Source of the DNA: Nitrospirales bacterium
GTDB lineage: Bacteria; Nitrospirota; Nitrospiria; Nitrospirales; UBA8639
Assembly: GCA_963422365.1 (NCBI GenBank)
Contig: OY729426.1
Coordinates: 1,440,001 to 1,504,000 of the forward strand
Direction of reading: 5' to 3'
Length of the DNA stretch: 64,000 bases
Shown here piece after piece: positions 32,067 through 41,564 of the stretch. The stretch's first letter is position 1. Each line of letters opens with the position of its first letter. Under the pieces are notes generated by a model, which had not been told where the DNA came from, ran no database searches, and was given only the letters and a program-made list of their open reading frames with translations. The position numbers were made by a program, and so were the translations under genes.

Positions 32067-32468
32067 TCATGTCCCGGCGTTGTGGCGTTGCAGATTGCCT
32101 TTCCACTTCAAGATGGTTTGGTCGGCGGTCACCAGGGTTGCTGAAGTTGCAATGGCCGTTGTCATAATCAGACGGTCGTCAGGGTCGCCGTGAAAATTTA
32201 CCAGTTCCGATGCGATGATCCCAATCCCGCCTGTCACGGCGACTTCATTCAGGCCCTGTTGCAACAGGTCTTGCATCCATTATGATACGGGTTTTGAAAG
32301 GGAGAGCCGTTTTTTTTGTATCAACGTGGCAATTTCCCAGAAGCTTATTGATGAGACGGCAATGTCCTTGTTCCTCAATCTTTTGTCAATAAGCTTTCGG
32401 GATTGTAACCCTAACCGTGTATTCCCTTCATCCATCCAGATCAGTGTCTGCGTATCGAGGATCATCAA
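32067..32468 (-). pseudogene. vapC: VapC PIN-domain toxin with an in-frame nonsense codon
   Basis: IILDTQTLIW...SSISFWEI...KPVS-TAA(32282-32280)-WMQDLL...HGDPDDRLI...LVTAD; both halves are in the same frame. Confidence 0.85.
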
Positions 32469-32692
32469 TGGTCTGCATCCCAGGTCTCATCAACGGGACA
32501 GGTAAGATCATCATGGCTCTTGATGACGCCGTGATGCAGTCCGAATAATGACGCCGGTTTCCGGTGAGAGGGAACAAGTCTGCCGACCGGTTTGCCGTGC
32601 TTGGTAATAATGATGGGTTCTCTTTTCTCAGAGACTTCATCAATGAATCCCAGGCATTTCGCTTTAAATTCCGATGCATTGACGGTTTTCAT
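32465..32692 (-). CDS. Phd/YefM-family antitoxin
   Basis: MKTVNASEFKAKCL...IIITKHGKPVGRLVP; overlaps the vapC start. Confidence 0.9.
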   Translation of the reverse strand: MKTVNASEFKAKCLGFIDEVSEKREPIIITKHGKPVGRLVPSHRKPASLFGLHHGVIKSHDDLTCPVDETWDADH

Positions 32693-32705
32693 AGCATTTC
32701 TCTCA

Positions 32706-33647
32706 TTAATGAAACGTCACGACAGGAAGATGCTTCCCGATATAGCCTATTTCCAGAGTCTTGTTTGGTTTGTCGATTCGGAAATGGATGCGATATCCGC
32801 TGCCAATCATTGCATGTAGACGGAAGATATTCCTCTGTCCGCTGATGCTTCTGAATTCCCGCTTGTTTCCATATCGTTGCATGGTTGCCTCACTTTCTGT
32901 ATGTACCATCGGTAATGCCGGTTTTTCTGTCCCTTCAAGTCGCCAATTTCGCACCGCGCCATCCAAGGTGATCAATTTGCCTCTTGCCAAGTTTAGAATC
33001 GCAACTGAAAGTTCAGCGGTTTGAGGATCTATGTCCAGCCCGAACGTCAGGTGAGGAAAACAATTGGCTTTCCTTTGCGCCAGAATCACCGGCTGCTCCT
33101 TCAGAGCCGCCTGATCTCTGCCAGCCATTTCATCAGAGATAACCGTGACGTGCGTCATCGTCGAAAGGTTGGGCACTTTCACTTCCTTTTCCCGTTCCAT
33201 TCCCGAGTTCTCAAGCCATGTATGACGTACTTGGACATGCGTCTGCCGCCAATATTCTTCAGAAGGTAGACTCACGGCGGTCGTATGGAGCAGATAAGCA
33301 AGCCCCAAGCCGCCTGCTTGCCGTTGTCCGAAATGAAAGTCCGAAAGGTAGAACCGATCCTTGACGGCATCGGACACAGCCTGCTCGAAATTCATCTTTG
33401 CTGAAATCTTCAAGAAAAAATTTCTCAAATCGCGATCGACTTGGTCATCGCATGACCACTGGAACACCGTATAGTCTGCCGCTAATGGAGTCTGATGTAT
33501 GGCGAAGTCCTTAATCCAAACGAGTGTCGGGACTTGGCCGCTCGCCAATGTCGCCACGGCCTTCACCAAATTCGTTGTCCGTTCTCTTGCCTGGTCACGC
33601 GATTACGCGATGTTGCTCGCGGAAAGTTCGTTGAATACCAGGATCAT
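32706..33647 (-). pseudogene. Putative defence effector (NsnC position) with a RelE-like C-terminus and a nonsense codon at codon 15
   Basis: ATG at 33647, 1 nt after the ATPase stop: MILVFNELSASNIA-TAA(33605-33603)-SRDQARERTTNLVKAV continues in frame to ...RLHAMIGSGYRIHF...LEIGYIGKHLP. Confidence 0.7.
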
Positions 33648-33648
33648 T

Positions 33649-34764
33649 TCAAATCCCGGTCTTCTGTTCTGGCGCTATCAGTGAAGCCAGGGTTTTTTCG
33701 TGTTGATCGAAGAAACCTTCAGGCCAGACGTCCAACCGGCCATCTTGCTGTATGACGGGTGTCGTGACTTCGGCGTCCAGCCCCTTTCGCTGAAAGTAAT
33801 GCAGGACAGCTTGTTCGGGTTCGATGATGGCATGACGAACCGCCAGGCGTAGCCCGTCCAGAATGTGGTCGCTGTGAGTTTCCAAAATAACTTGCCTTCC
33901 TCCTGAAACGGCTCTTGCCGCGAGTTCAGCCAGTCTGGTTTGCCCTCCAGGATGAAGATGGGCTTCGGGATTCTCAATGATCACCAAGTCGTCATTCTGA
34001 GCGGCCAGCAACGCGACAATGACGGGCAGGGCATAACTCAATCCGAATCCGACGTTTGTTGCTCGAAAGGGTTTTGTCATCACGTCTCCCTGTCGGAAGA
34101 AGGAAAAATCTGCCAAAGCGCTATCCGCTTTTGGTATGGAAGTGATGTTAAGCTTGGCTCCTGGACTGATAACCTTTAGCCAGGCATTGGTCTGGGAAAG
34201 CAGAGTCGTTTGATCTGCTTCTGGATGTCTAAGAATCTCCGGGATTTTCCGTTCGCCGTATTTTGCCAAAAACCAGAGCACGTGCTCGCCATTTTTGCCT
34301 AGCGGAGTATCCGATTCATGTCCCTGTTCAAAAAATGGCAGCATTTTTTGTGGTCCATGTCGCTCAGCACTCAGATAGAACATGGACCATCTATACAGTG
34401 AAGTATCTTGAGCACCGTTGAACCCCTTGGGTTGTTCTGCCTGAGGCATTTGAGACTCGTCTTTTATCTCGCCGACCTTGATAAATTTGGACCTGTCGAA
34501 TTTGGCTTCCAGTTCAATGGCGTCTTGCTCGGCACCTTCGTAGAGCATATCGCTGAACGAGCCGGTATCGACCAGCTTGCCTTGCCAGCGTAAAAATCTA
34601 GGGTGGCCTTGCTCGTCAAGACCAGCTTGACGGAGCAGCAATAGTGCCTGTATAAAGCTACTTTTCCCCGTGCCGTTCACCCCGGCCAAAATCGTCAATC
34701 CCCCGAGAGGCAGTTCGCATTCTTTGAAACATTTGAAGTTTTTCATTTGTATCCGGGTAATCAT
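33649..34764 (-). CDS. ABC/AAA ATPase with DUF3696-like C-terminus (Menshen NsnB-like)
   Basis: NFKCF, GVNGTGKSS, VGFGLSYALP, IENPEAHLHP, ETHSDH and WPEGFFDQ. Confidence 0.85.
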   Translation of the reverse strand: MITRIQMKNFKCFKECELPLGGLTILAGVNGTGKSSFIQALLLLRQAGLDEQGHPRFLRWQGKLVDTGSFSDMLYEGAEQDAIELEAKFDRSKFIKVGEIKDESQMPQAEQPKGFNGAQDTSLYRWSMFYLSAERHGPQKMLPFFEQGHESDTPLGKNGEHVLWFLAKYGERKIPEILRHPEADQTTLLSQTNAWLKVISPGAKLNITSIPKADSALADFSFFRQGDVMTKPFRATNVGFGLSYALPVIVALLAAQNDDLVIIENPEAHLHPGGQTRLAELAARAVSGGRQVILETHSDHILDGLRLAVRHAIIEPEQAVLHYFQRKGLDAEVTTPVIQQDGRLDVWPEGFFDQHEKTLASLIAPEQKTGI

Positions 34765-35915
34765 GCCAATACCTCCTGGAGGAGTTTTTTGATCCGTTCG
34801 AAGCGAGTAGCGACTCGATCATTCCACTGGGTCCCTATGCTGATGCTTTCCACGAATCTATCTTCTTCCATCAGGTCATTAAAACGATCTTGAACGTTCT
34901 TTCGTCGATCTATGAGGCGTTGGCCTTGAGATTCATCCACGCGCGCCAGATTGACCGACCAGCTTTCAAATAGGGGTTTGTTGATGGGACTTTTGCGTTC
35001 TATTCCTTTTTTGGGTGGTTTGCGGAATGCTTCGGTACCAAACAGAGCAGCGGCGAATCGCATCGCACGACGAAAATCATCGTTCAGTGAAGCCAATTGC
35101 TCTTCGCTCATATTGTTATTCAAGGAACCCATGGCGTTTACGAGGAAGGCGTCCAGATTCCCCTTGTATTCCTCTAAAGGCTGTAAGTGGAATGCTATGA
35201 ACCGCAGCACGCACTCACGGTCCGCCATGCGAGTCAAACCCACGCTGTTGTTGGTTGCCTTCAAAAAGTCTTGGTCTGTTGCTAATTCGTTGATAAATTG
35301 CCGTGCTCTGCCGGGGTTCAGGGCATGTCGAATTTCCTGTGGTGACAGGGGCTTGCCCCCGGTATTGATGCGTTTGAAAACGTTAAACATGACTTCCGGC
35401 GGTGTACCCGGTTGAATGACGTGGCAGGAAAGCTGTGTCTCGTCGATCCGTCGCTGCATAGAACGAGGGAGATCGTTATAAAGCTGGCCTTCAAATTGAT
35501 TCAGATATTCCAGTCCATGCAAACGAAGCGTCCTGTCAAGGACGAAGTCTTTTAACGTATCCAGTCGTTGCAGGCCATCAACAACCTGCCATTTGTCTTC
35601 TTTGTCCGCCGCCATGTAGAACACCGGGATGGGAATGCGTAACAGGAGTGACTCAATGAGCCGGCTTTTCCTTTTTCTCTCCCAGATGCCCGAGTGACGC
35701 TGAAAATCGGGATTCAGGTCTATTTCCTTACGTTCGATTCTTTTCATAATCAGATCAACGACGGGATTTTTCGTGTCGATGTCAATTTTCGTGGGATCGA
35801 AGGGATCTTTGATTGGAGGGACAGTGCGCGAAGAATCTAATCCTTCAACATCTTCTTGCTCAACGCCTTCCAAGGGTTCTTCGGACATGTCATGAATGTC
35901 AGAATCAGGTGCCAC
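34761..35915 (-). CDS. DUF262 (ParB-like) domain protein (Menshen NsnA-like)
   Basis: PDFQR, LIESLLLRIPIP, VDGLQRL, FKRINTGG and QEIRHA. Confidence 0.88.
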   Translation of the reverse strand: MAPDSDIHDMSEEPLEGVEQEDVEGLDSSRTVPPIKDPFDPTKIDIDTKNPVVDLIMKRIERKEIDLNPDFQRHSGIWERKRKSRLIESLLLRIPIPVFYMAADKEDKWQVVDGLQRLDTLKDFVLDRTLRLHGLEYLNQFEGQLYNDLPRSMQRRIDETQLSCHVIQPGTPPEVMFNVFKRINTGGKPLSPQEIRHALNPGRARQFINELATDQDFLKATNNSVGLTRMADRECVLRFIAFHLQPLEEYKGNLDAFLVNAMGSLNNNMSEEQLASLNDDFRRAMRFAAALFGTEAFRKPPKKGIERKSPINKPLFESWSVNLARVDESQGQRLIDRRKNVQDRFNDLMEEDRFVESISIGTQWNDRVATRFERIKKLLQEVLA

Positions 35916-36152
35916 TTCAATTCCTTTTCTCTCTTGCTTGAATTGCCTAGATCCAGAATACTTGTTCGACAGGGCTCTTTTTTACCCTGCTTCTCTTAAA
36001 CGATCTTTCCGTCCTTGAATACAGTCACCGAAGCTGATGTCGTCCACGTTCAGCAGCCTCGTACATTGCGGTCTTGGTGTCGGCGAGGTCAGAGATATTA
36101 GCTTTCTTTAAGCGCGTTCATGATAATGGATGTCACGGGCATATATCAAAGA

Positions 36153-36180
36153 TTCTCTTAGGGCTGTTCTCTTAGGGCTG
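36153..36180. repeat. Perfect 14-bp tandem duplication
   Basis: TTCTCTTAGGGCTG twice (36153-36166 and 36167-36180). Confidence 0.9.
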
Positions 36181-36313
36181 CTGATGATGGAGAGATTTTC
36201 TTTTCTGCTTCATTAAGGGAAAGTGTTTCGCTCAGAATGGCTCTGAATGATACGCGGCAGGCTAAACCTTCCTTGATTTGCATAGAGTGAGACACCTGAA
36301 CGAATACAACACC

Positions 36314-36343
36314 TTGACCGTTCATTTTTCGACGGCTTAGAAT
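36314..36343 (+). promoter_or_regulatory. Candidate sigma70 promoter for the radical SAM cluster
   Basis: TTGACC-N18-TAGAAT 60 bp upstream of the ATG at 36404. Confidence 0.45.
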
Positions 36344-36403
36344 AGATTAGGTCAATAGGGACTTGTTTGGACCAAGTTTTCTCACATCTAGTAAGGGCTG
36401 TCC

Positions 36404-38299
36404 ATGAGGATTGACTATAACAAAGGCGGGTTGCTCAACCCCCAGCTCATCCAGCTTCGCCGTAAAGAATTCCAGGCCGACGGCGGACCCAAGAAAAAGA
36501 TCATGCTGATTTTCCCTCCGGATTGGTATCCCTCCGAACCCTATCTGAGCCTGCCGGCGTTAACGGCTTTCCTGCGCCGTGCGGGTCATGACGTGGTGCA
36601 GAAAGATGTCAACCTCGAGATGTACGATTGGTATTTTAGCGCGGATTTTCTCAAGCGTGTCTTGAAACGAGTGCCTCAGCAACTGGACCGTTTGAAACGA
36701 CTGGCCCGAGACCGAGATCTCTCGGATGAAGAAACCGAGCGGCAGATGGCCTTGTGCGCATGTACCCGATCGCGAATGGCGGACTTGATTGAACAAGCCG
36801 AGCGCGCCAAAGCGATCGTCCGTTCTTCGGATTTCTACGACGCGGCTCAACTCGAATGGGCCATGAACGTCTTTCGGGACGTGATGACAACCATTTCGCT
36901 GGTGTACGCTCCCGCCCGTATTTGTATGCCGCCGATGGAAACGGATCTGTCGTATAAACTCTTTATGTCCTCGGAGATCCTTGCCGCTGTCGAAGACACG
37001 CAAGTCAACGTCTATCGCGAGGTCTTCGACCATATCGTGAAGCCGGCCATTATGGAAGAACAGCCGGATGTCATCGGCATCTCCATCGTCTTACGGCAGC
37101 AACTGTTTTCGACCATGACCTTCTGCGCCATGATCAAAAAGTACTTTCCCGATATCCACGTGACGATTGGCGGGAATACCGTGACTCGGTTACGCGATGT
37201 TCTGCCGACTACTCCCAAGCTCTTTGCGCTGTTTGATAGTGCGGTGGTGTATGAAGGAGAAACGGCGTTTCTTCAATTAGTGGAAGCGCTTGAGACCGAT
37301 CGAGATTTGAACGAAATTCCGAACGTCTTGTGGCGGGATGATTCGGGAATTCATACGTCTCCGGTCACCTCGGCAGAGAACATGGCGGATCTGCCCCCTC
37401 CGGACTTTGACGGACTCCCGTTAGAACGATACTTCGTGCCGGAACCCGTGCTTCCCTATCTCGCAACCCGAGGTTGCTACTGGGGGCGCTGTGAATTTTG
37501 CGATCATGGAGAAGGGTATACGGCTGGATATCGGACCAAGAAGATCCAGGAGATCATCGAGGAAGTTCGATTCCTCCGTGACAAGTATCATACGCATCAT
37601 TTTCATTTTACCGATGAATCCTATCCTCCGGCCCTCTTCCGAAAACTGACGCGTCAACTCAAAGAACATCAGCTGGGCATTGCGTGGACCACGCACATCC
37701 GCTTCGAGAAGAGTCTGTTGGATGATGAAGTGTGGCAGGATGCCCAGGCCTCCGGGTGCAAGTTTCTGCACATGGGTTATGAATCCGGCAGTGAGCGGGT
37801 GCTGCAACTCATGGATAAAGCCACGACCACCGAGGTGATTCAACGGAGCCTGGAGTTGTCCTCGACACACGGGGTGTGGAACCACGTCATGGGATTTTTC
37901 GGGTTCCCGGGCGAACGGTATGAAGACGCCAAGTTTTCCATGCAATTTTTGGAAGACAACAAGGCGCATGTGCACTCCATCGGCTTCGGCACGTTCGATC
38001 TCAGCAAGCATACGCCAGTAGCCAAGGATCCGGATCGATGGGGGATTACCTACTACCAAAACCCCGAGTGGGATCTGGCCCTGGATTATTACTTTACCGT
38101 GAAAGAGGGGCTGGGCGTCGAGGACGCGGAACGCGTGTTTGAAGAGTTCGAACAGACGCATTATGCCGGCTGGGATTTGAAGATCTATATTCGCGAGTAC
38201 GTGTTTCTCTACGTGGCGCACTTCGGCACCAATAAACTTCCGGCCCTGCAATTCCGCATTTCGCCGGAAGAGAACGCGGAGGCATTGGCGAAGGTCTAA
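36404..38299 (+). CDS. B12-binding (class B-like) radical SAM protein
   Basis: N-terminal FPPxWxPxxPYLSL...GHDV, a B12-binding Rossmann segment (VIGIS...VTIGG...YEGE), RGCYWGRCEFC and GYESG. Confidence 0.9.
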   Translation: MRIDYNKGGLLNPQLIQLRRKEFQADGGPKKKIMLIFPPDWYPSEPYLSLPALTAFLRRAGHDVVQKDVNLEMYDWYFSADFLKRVLKRVPQQLDRLKRLARDRDLSDEETERQMALCACTRSRMADLIEQAERAKAIVRSSDFYDAAQLEWAMNVFRDVMTTISLVYAPARICMPPMETDLSYKLFMSSEILAAVEDTQVNVYREVFDHIVKPAIMEEQPDVIGISIVLRQQLFSTMTFCAMIKKYFPDIHVTIGGNTVTRLRDVLPTTPKLFALFDSAVVYEGETAFLQLVEALETDRDLNEIPNVLWRDDSGIHTSPVTSAENMADLPPPDFDGLPLERYFVPEPVLPYLATRGCYWGRCEFCDHGEGYTAGYRTKKIQEIIEEVRFLRDKYHTHHFHFTDESYPPALFRKLTRQLKEHQLGIAWTTHIRFEKSLLDDEVWQDAQASGCKFLHMGYESGSERVLQLMDKATTTEVIQRSLELSSTHGVWNHVMGFFGFPGERYEDAKFSMQFLEDNKAHVHSIGFGTFDLSKHTPVAKDPDRWGITYYQNPEWDLALDYYFTVKEGLGVEDAERVFEEFEQTHYAGWDLKIYIREYVFLYVAHFGTNKLPALQFRISPEENAEALAKV

Positions 38300-38406
38300 T
38301 GCATGCTGGGGTTCGAAAAAAAATGGCGACATAAATAATGCCGCATAATCGTTGTAATATCGAAGTGGGCCTTTGTTCGACTATAGTGTACGGGAATGCC
38401 TTTTCA

Positions 38407-38469
38407 CTGGATACCGGATCAAGTCCGGTATGACGATGTGACGTCATTCCCGCGCAAGCGGGAATCCAG
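38407..38469. repeat. Inverted pair of GTCA-type REP-like palindromes
   Basis: CTGGATACCGGATCAAGTCCGGTATGAC followed by GTCATTCCCGCGCAAGCGGGAATCCAG (ATTCCC-N8-GGGAAT core). Confidence 0.8.
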
Positions 38470-38523
38470 TATGAGACATTATTTACGTCGTTGTGTAAAG
38501 AATCACCGCAGGGAGATTGAATT

Positions 38524-38937
38524 GTGAAAACGATCCTTACAGGATTGGCAATGGTCTCAATTTCATCCTCTGCTATCGCCGCTCCAGTAAACGTCACTTT
38601 GTCGGATTACGCATTCGACTTCACTGCTGTGGGTTATGAAATTTCCGTAACAGGTCTATCGTCTTATTTTGAACCGCTAAATGCTGGAGACTACTTTTCT
38701 CTCAGGGATGGCGCTTATACTATGAAAACAGTTATCGGCGGCCTATCTCGTAAAAACAAGAAGACATTTATTAACTACTACAATAAGAATTGTAAAGAGT
38801 CTTTCATAGGTAGTGACTGCCATATTAGGGTTACAGGAGAAGTTGCGTTAGACGACAACATGAAAATGTTTCTGACTGCAGATGAGATTAAGGTGTACAG
38901 TAAAGATTTTAAAGAGGTCTTGGCAGTCTTTGAGTAG
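38524..38937 (+). CDS. AT-rich secreted hypothetical protein
   Basis: GGAG RBS, GTG start, signal peptide MKTILTGLAMVSISSSAIA, two Cys; composition differs from the flanks. Confidence 0.7.
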   Translation: MKTILTGLAMVSISSSAIAAPVNVTLSDYAFDFTAVGYEISVTGLSSYFEPLNAGDYFSLRDGAYTMKTVIGGLSRKNKKTFINYYNKNCKESFIGSDCHIRVTGEVALDDNMKMFLTADEIKVYSKDFKEVLAVFE

Positions 38938-39148
38938 GGCCTGTTTACACTAGACGCGCGATGGGATGTGTCGAATGGCACTCAAATGCCTCTGAAGCTC
39001 TGTAGACCTGTAGGGCCGCATCTTATGCTGCCAAGACAAGCGCCATGAGATGGCGAAGCTACAAAGCCTAAGGGGTGTTCGCACTGAACGAATAATTTTC
39101 ATTACATTCAACAAGTTATATTGTAAATACGTCATAATCTGAAAACAT

Positions 39149-41116
39149 ATGGCTTCTTCCCTCATCCACATCGATCACTCGGCGTCGCAGGCAAAGAGCG
39201 GCCGGAAGTTGAAAACCATGCTACTCTTCCCGCCGGAGTGGGTGCCCACTGCTCCGTATTTAGCGTTGCCGAGTCTCACGGCGGTCCTTCGAGAAAATGG
39301 GCATGACGTCGTTCAGCAAGATGTGAATATCGAAATGTATGAGTTGTTCTTCAGTGATATGTTCCTGATCTGGGTCAATGCGCGAATGTTCCAACAGCAA
39401 CGGGCACTCGAAGCAAAGGAACAGCGCGAAGGCTTGAGTGAAAAGGAAATTGACCAGAAAGCCCGTTTGCAAGAAGCCTTGGCCCTTGACGTGATGGAAT
39501 TGGCCGCGAAGGCCGAGGAAGCGAAACACATCAACCGCAGCGACGATTTCTACGACGCCAATAAACTCGAATGGGCGTTGAACGTGTTTCGTGACGTCAT
39601 GCGGTATATTTCCGCCGCGTATTTTCCCGCTTCGCTCGTGTATTACCCCATGGAAAGCAATTTAGGCTATCGTCCGGGGGTCTCGAGTGAAGTCTTCGCG
39701 TGCCTGGACGATGAACAGGTGAATGTGTATCGAGACGTGTGCCGGCAATTAGTGTTGCCCGCCGTGGATAAAGTGCGCCCCGCAGTGGTCGGGGTCTCCA
39801 TCGGGACGAAAATGCAACTGATCGCGGGATTCACCTTCTGCAAAATGATCAAGGAGGCGTTTCCGCATATCCACGTCACGGTCGGGGGGAACGTGATTAC
39901 ACGGCTTCAGGAAGATTTGGCGAAACGGGAGCCGTTTTTCTCTTCCGTGTTTGATTCAGCCATTCTGTATGAAGGCGAACATGCCCTGCTGTGGTTGTTG
40001 GAAGCCTTGGTGGGTCATCGAACGTGGCAAGCGGTTCCCAATCTGATGTATCGAGAACATGGACATGTGCGTATCAATTCGGAGATTTATACGGAAAAAA
40101 CCACGGCGCTCCCTCTGCCGGATTTCGAAGGGATGCCGTTGGATGCCTATTTCGTGCCCACCAGGATTCTTCCGTATCTGGCGACTCGCGGGTGTTACTG
40201 GGGGCGTTGCACCTTCTGTGATCATGGGCAAGGGTACTTTGACCAGTATCGCGGTAAGCCGGCCCATGACGTGGTGCGCGAGGTCAAGGCATTACAGGAC
40301 AAGTATCACGCGGATCATTTCTTGTTTGCCGATGAATCCTATCCTCCCGCGCTTTTCAAAAAGGTCTCCCAACTCCTGATTGACGAACAGGTGGACATCA
40401 AGTGGACGACGTTGATTCGTTTTGAGGAAACGCTCCAGGATCCTGAAACATGGCAAATCGCTTCGCAATCAGGCTGTAAGACCCTGTACTATGGAATGGA
40501 GTCGGCCAATGAACGCGTCTTGGAACTCATGGATAAGCATGCACGGAAGAGCGTCATCGAAAATAATTTAAAGGAAGCCGCGAAGGTGGGGATTTGGAAT
40601 CATGTGATGGCGTTTTATGGATTCCCGGGCGAGACCAGAGAAGAAGCCGATGAGACGCGGCAGTTCTTGCTCGACAATAAATCCCATATCCATTCCGTCG
40701 AGGTGTTTTACTTCGTGGCCTATCGTCATACGCCGATGGTCAGGCATCCCGAAAAATTCGGCATGACGATTCAGAAGCAAGACGAATACGATATGCCCCT
40801 GGATTATTATTACACGCTGAACGACTCGGAGAGCCTGAGTTGTCTGGATGCCATGCAGTTGTGTGAAGAGTTTTATCAGAATGATTTTGAACCCTGGGCC
40901 GTGCGGATTAATGCCCGCGAGCAGATCTTCCTCTACATTTCACGGTTCGGCACGAACCGGTTATCACAAATTTATGCCGCCCAACATAGTCCTGCCGTCG
41001 CCGCCCCTGATACCGTGGCGGGATTGATTACGTGGCCGGTGGCCAAAGTCGATCCTGAAGGGGGAAAAGACGGGGAGCCGGGGATGACGAGGGTTGTCAG
41101 CCATTCGGCCTCATAG
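39149..41116 (+). CDS. B12-binding (class B-like) radical SAM protein, paralog of 36404-38299
   Basis: FPPEWVPTAPYLAL, VTVGGN, YEGE, RGCYWGRCTFCDHG and DESYPPALF are shared with the upstream paralog. Confidence 0.9.
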   Translation: MASSLIHIDHSASQAKSGRKLKTMLLFPPEWVPTAPYLALPSLTAVLRENGHDVVQQDVNIEMYELFFSDMFLIWVNARMFQQQRALEAKEQREGLSEKEIDQKARLQEALALDVMELAAKAEEAKHINRSDDFYDANKLEWALNVFRDVMRYISAAYFPASLVYYPMESNLGYRPGVSSEVFACLDDEQVNVYRDVCRQLVLPAVDKVRPAVVGVSIGTKMQLIAGFTFCKMIKEAFPHIHVTVGGNVITRLQEDLAKREPFFSSVFDSAILYEGEHALLWLLEALVGHRTWQAVPNLMYREHGHVRINSEIYTEKTTALPLPDFEGMPLDAYFVPTRILPYLATRGCYWGRCTFCDHGQGYFDQYRGKPAHDVVREVKALQDKYHADHFLFADESYPPALFKKVSQLLIDEQVDIKWTTLIRFEETLQDPETWQIASQSGCKTLYYGMESANERVLELMDKHARKSVIENNLKEAAKVGIWNHVMAFYGFPGETREEADETRQFLLDNKSHIHSVEVFYFVAYRHTPMVRHPEKFGMTIQKQDEYDMPLDYYYTLNDSESLSCLDAMQLCEEFYQNDFEPWAVRINAREQIFLYISRFGTNRLSQIYAAQHSPAVAAPDTVAGLITWPVAKVDPEGGKDGEPGMTRVVSHSAS

Positions 41117-41140
41117 AGGATGGGGTCCGGGGAACGGCTG

Positions 41141-41428
41141 TCAAACCGAAGAAGGCGCGTGACCGTGGTGTTCTATCCACTCCTTCAGCACGGAGTACGC
41201 AGCCTGAATTTTCTTGGTCATCGCCTCGGCTTTCTTATACATTTGCATATACTTGGTAGGATTGTTGGTCAGGTTGGCGTATCGATGAGGATGCCAAGTG
41301 ACCAAGAGTTCCTGATACCGTTGGTGGAGCGTTGTCGGGTGAAGGGGCAGGGTGAGGTTGAAGAGTTCGAGAGCTTTGGTAAACGGCTCCTCCGATGCAG
41401 GGTTCTGGTTTGAAGAGGATGAAGGCAT
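41141..41428 (-). CDS. Small J-domain-like protein (HPH instead of HPD)
   Basis: ALELFNL...LHQRYQELLVTWHPHRY...AEAMTKKIQAAYSVL. Confidence 0.7.
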   Translation of the reverse strand: MPSSSSNQNPASEEPFTKALELFNLTLPLHPTTLHQRYQELLVTWHPHRYANLTNNPTKYMQMYKKAEAMTKKIQAAYSVLKEWIEHHGHAPSSV

Positions 41429-41564
41429 AGACGATCTCGTGAGCAGGTCTCGTGCATCGAAATGTGTCAAACGTATCATGACGGTGTCAAGGAACCTCTG
41501 AAATAAGCGCCGAGGGGCTTGTGAACGGGACGAAATATAGGGGGAAAGGAGGACGGGACTAGCA

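Noticed and set aside
32280..33605. Stop-codon recoding to explain the two in-frame TAA codons
   Set aside because: TAA terminates many ordinary genes in the window, so nonsense mutation is the simpler explanation.
38524..38937. RiPP precursor for the radical SAM enzymes
   Set aside because: It has a Sec signal peptide, globular composition and foreign base composition, with no leader/core pattern.
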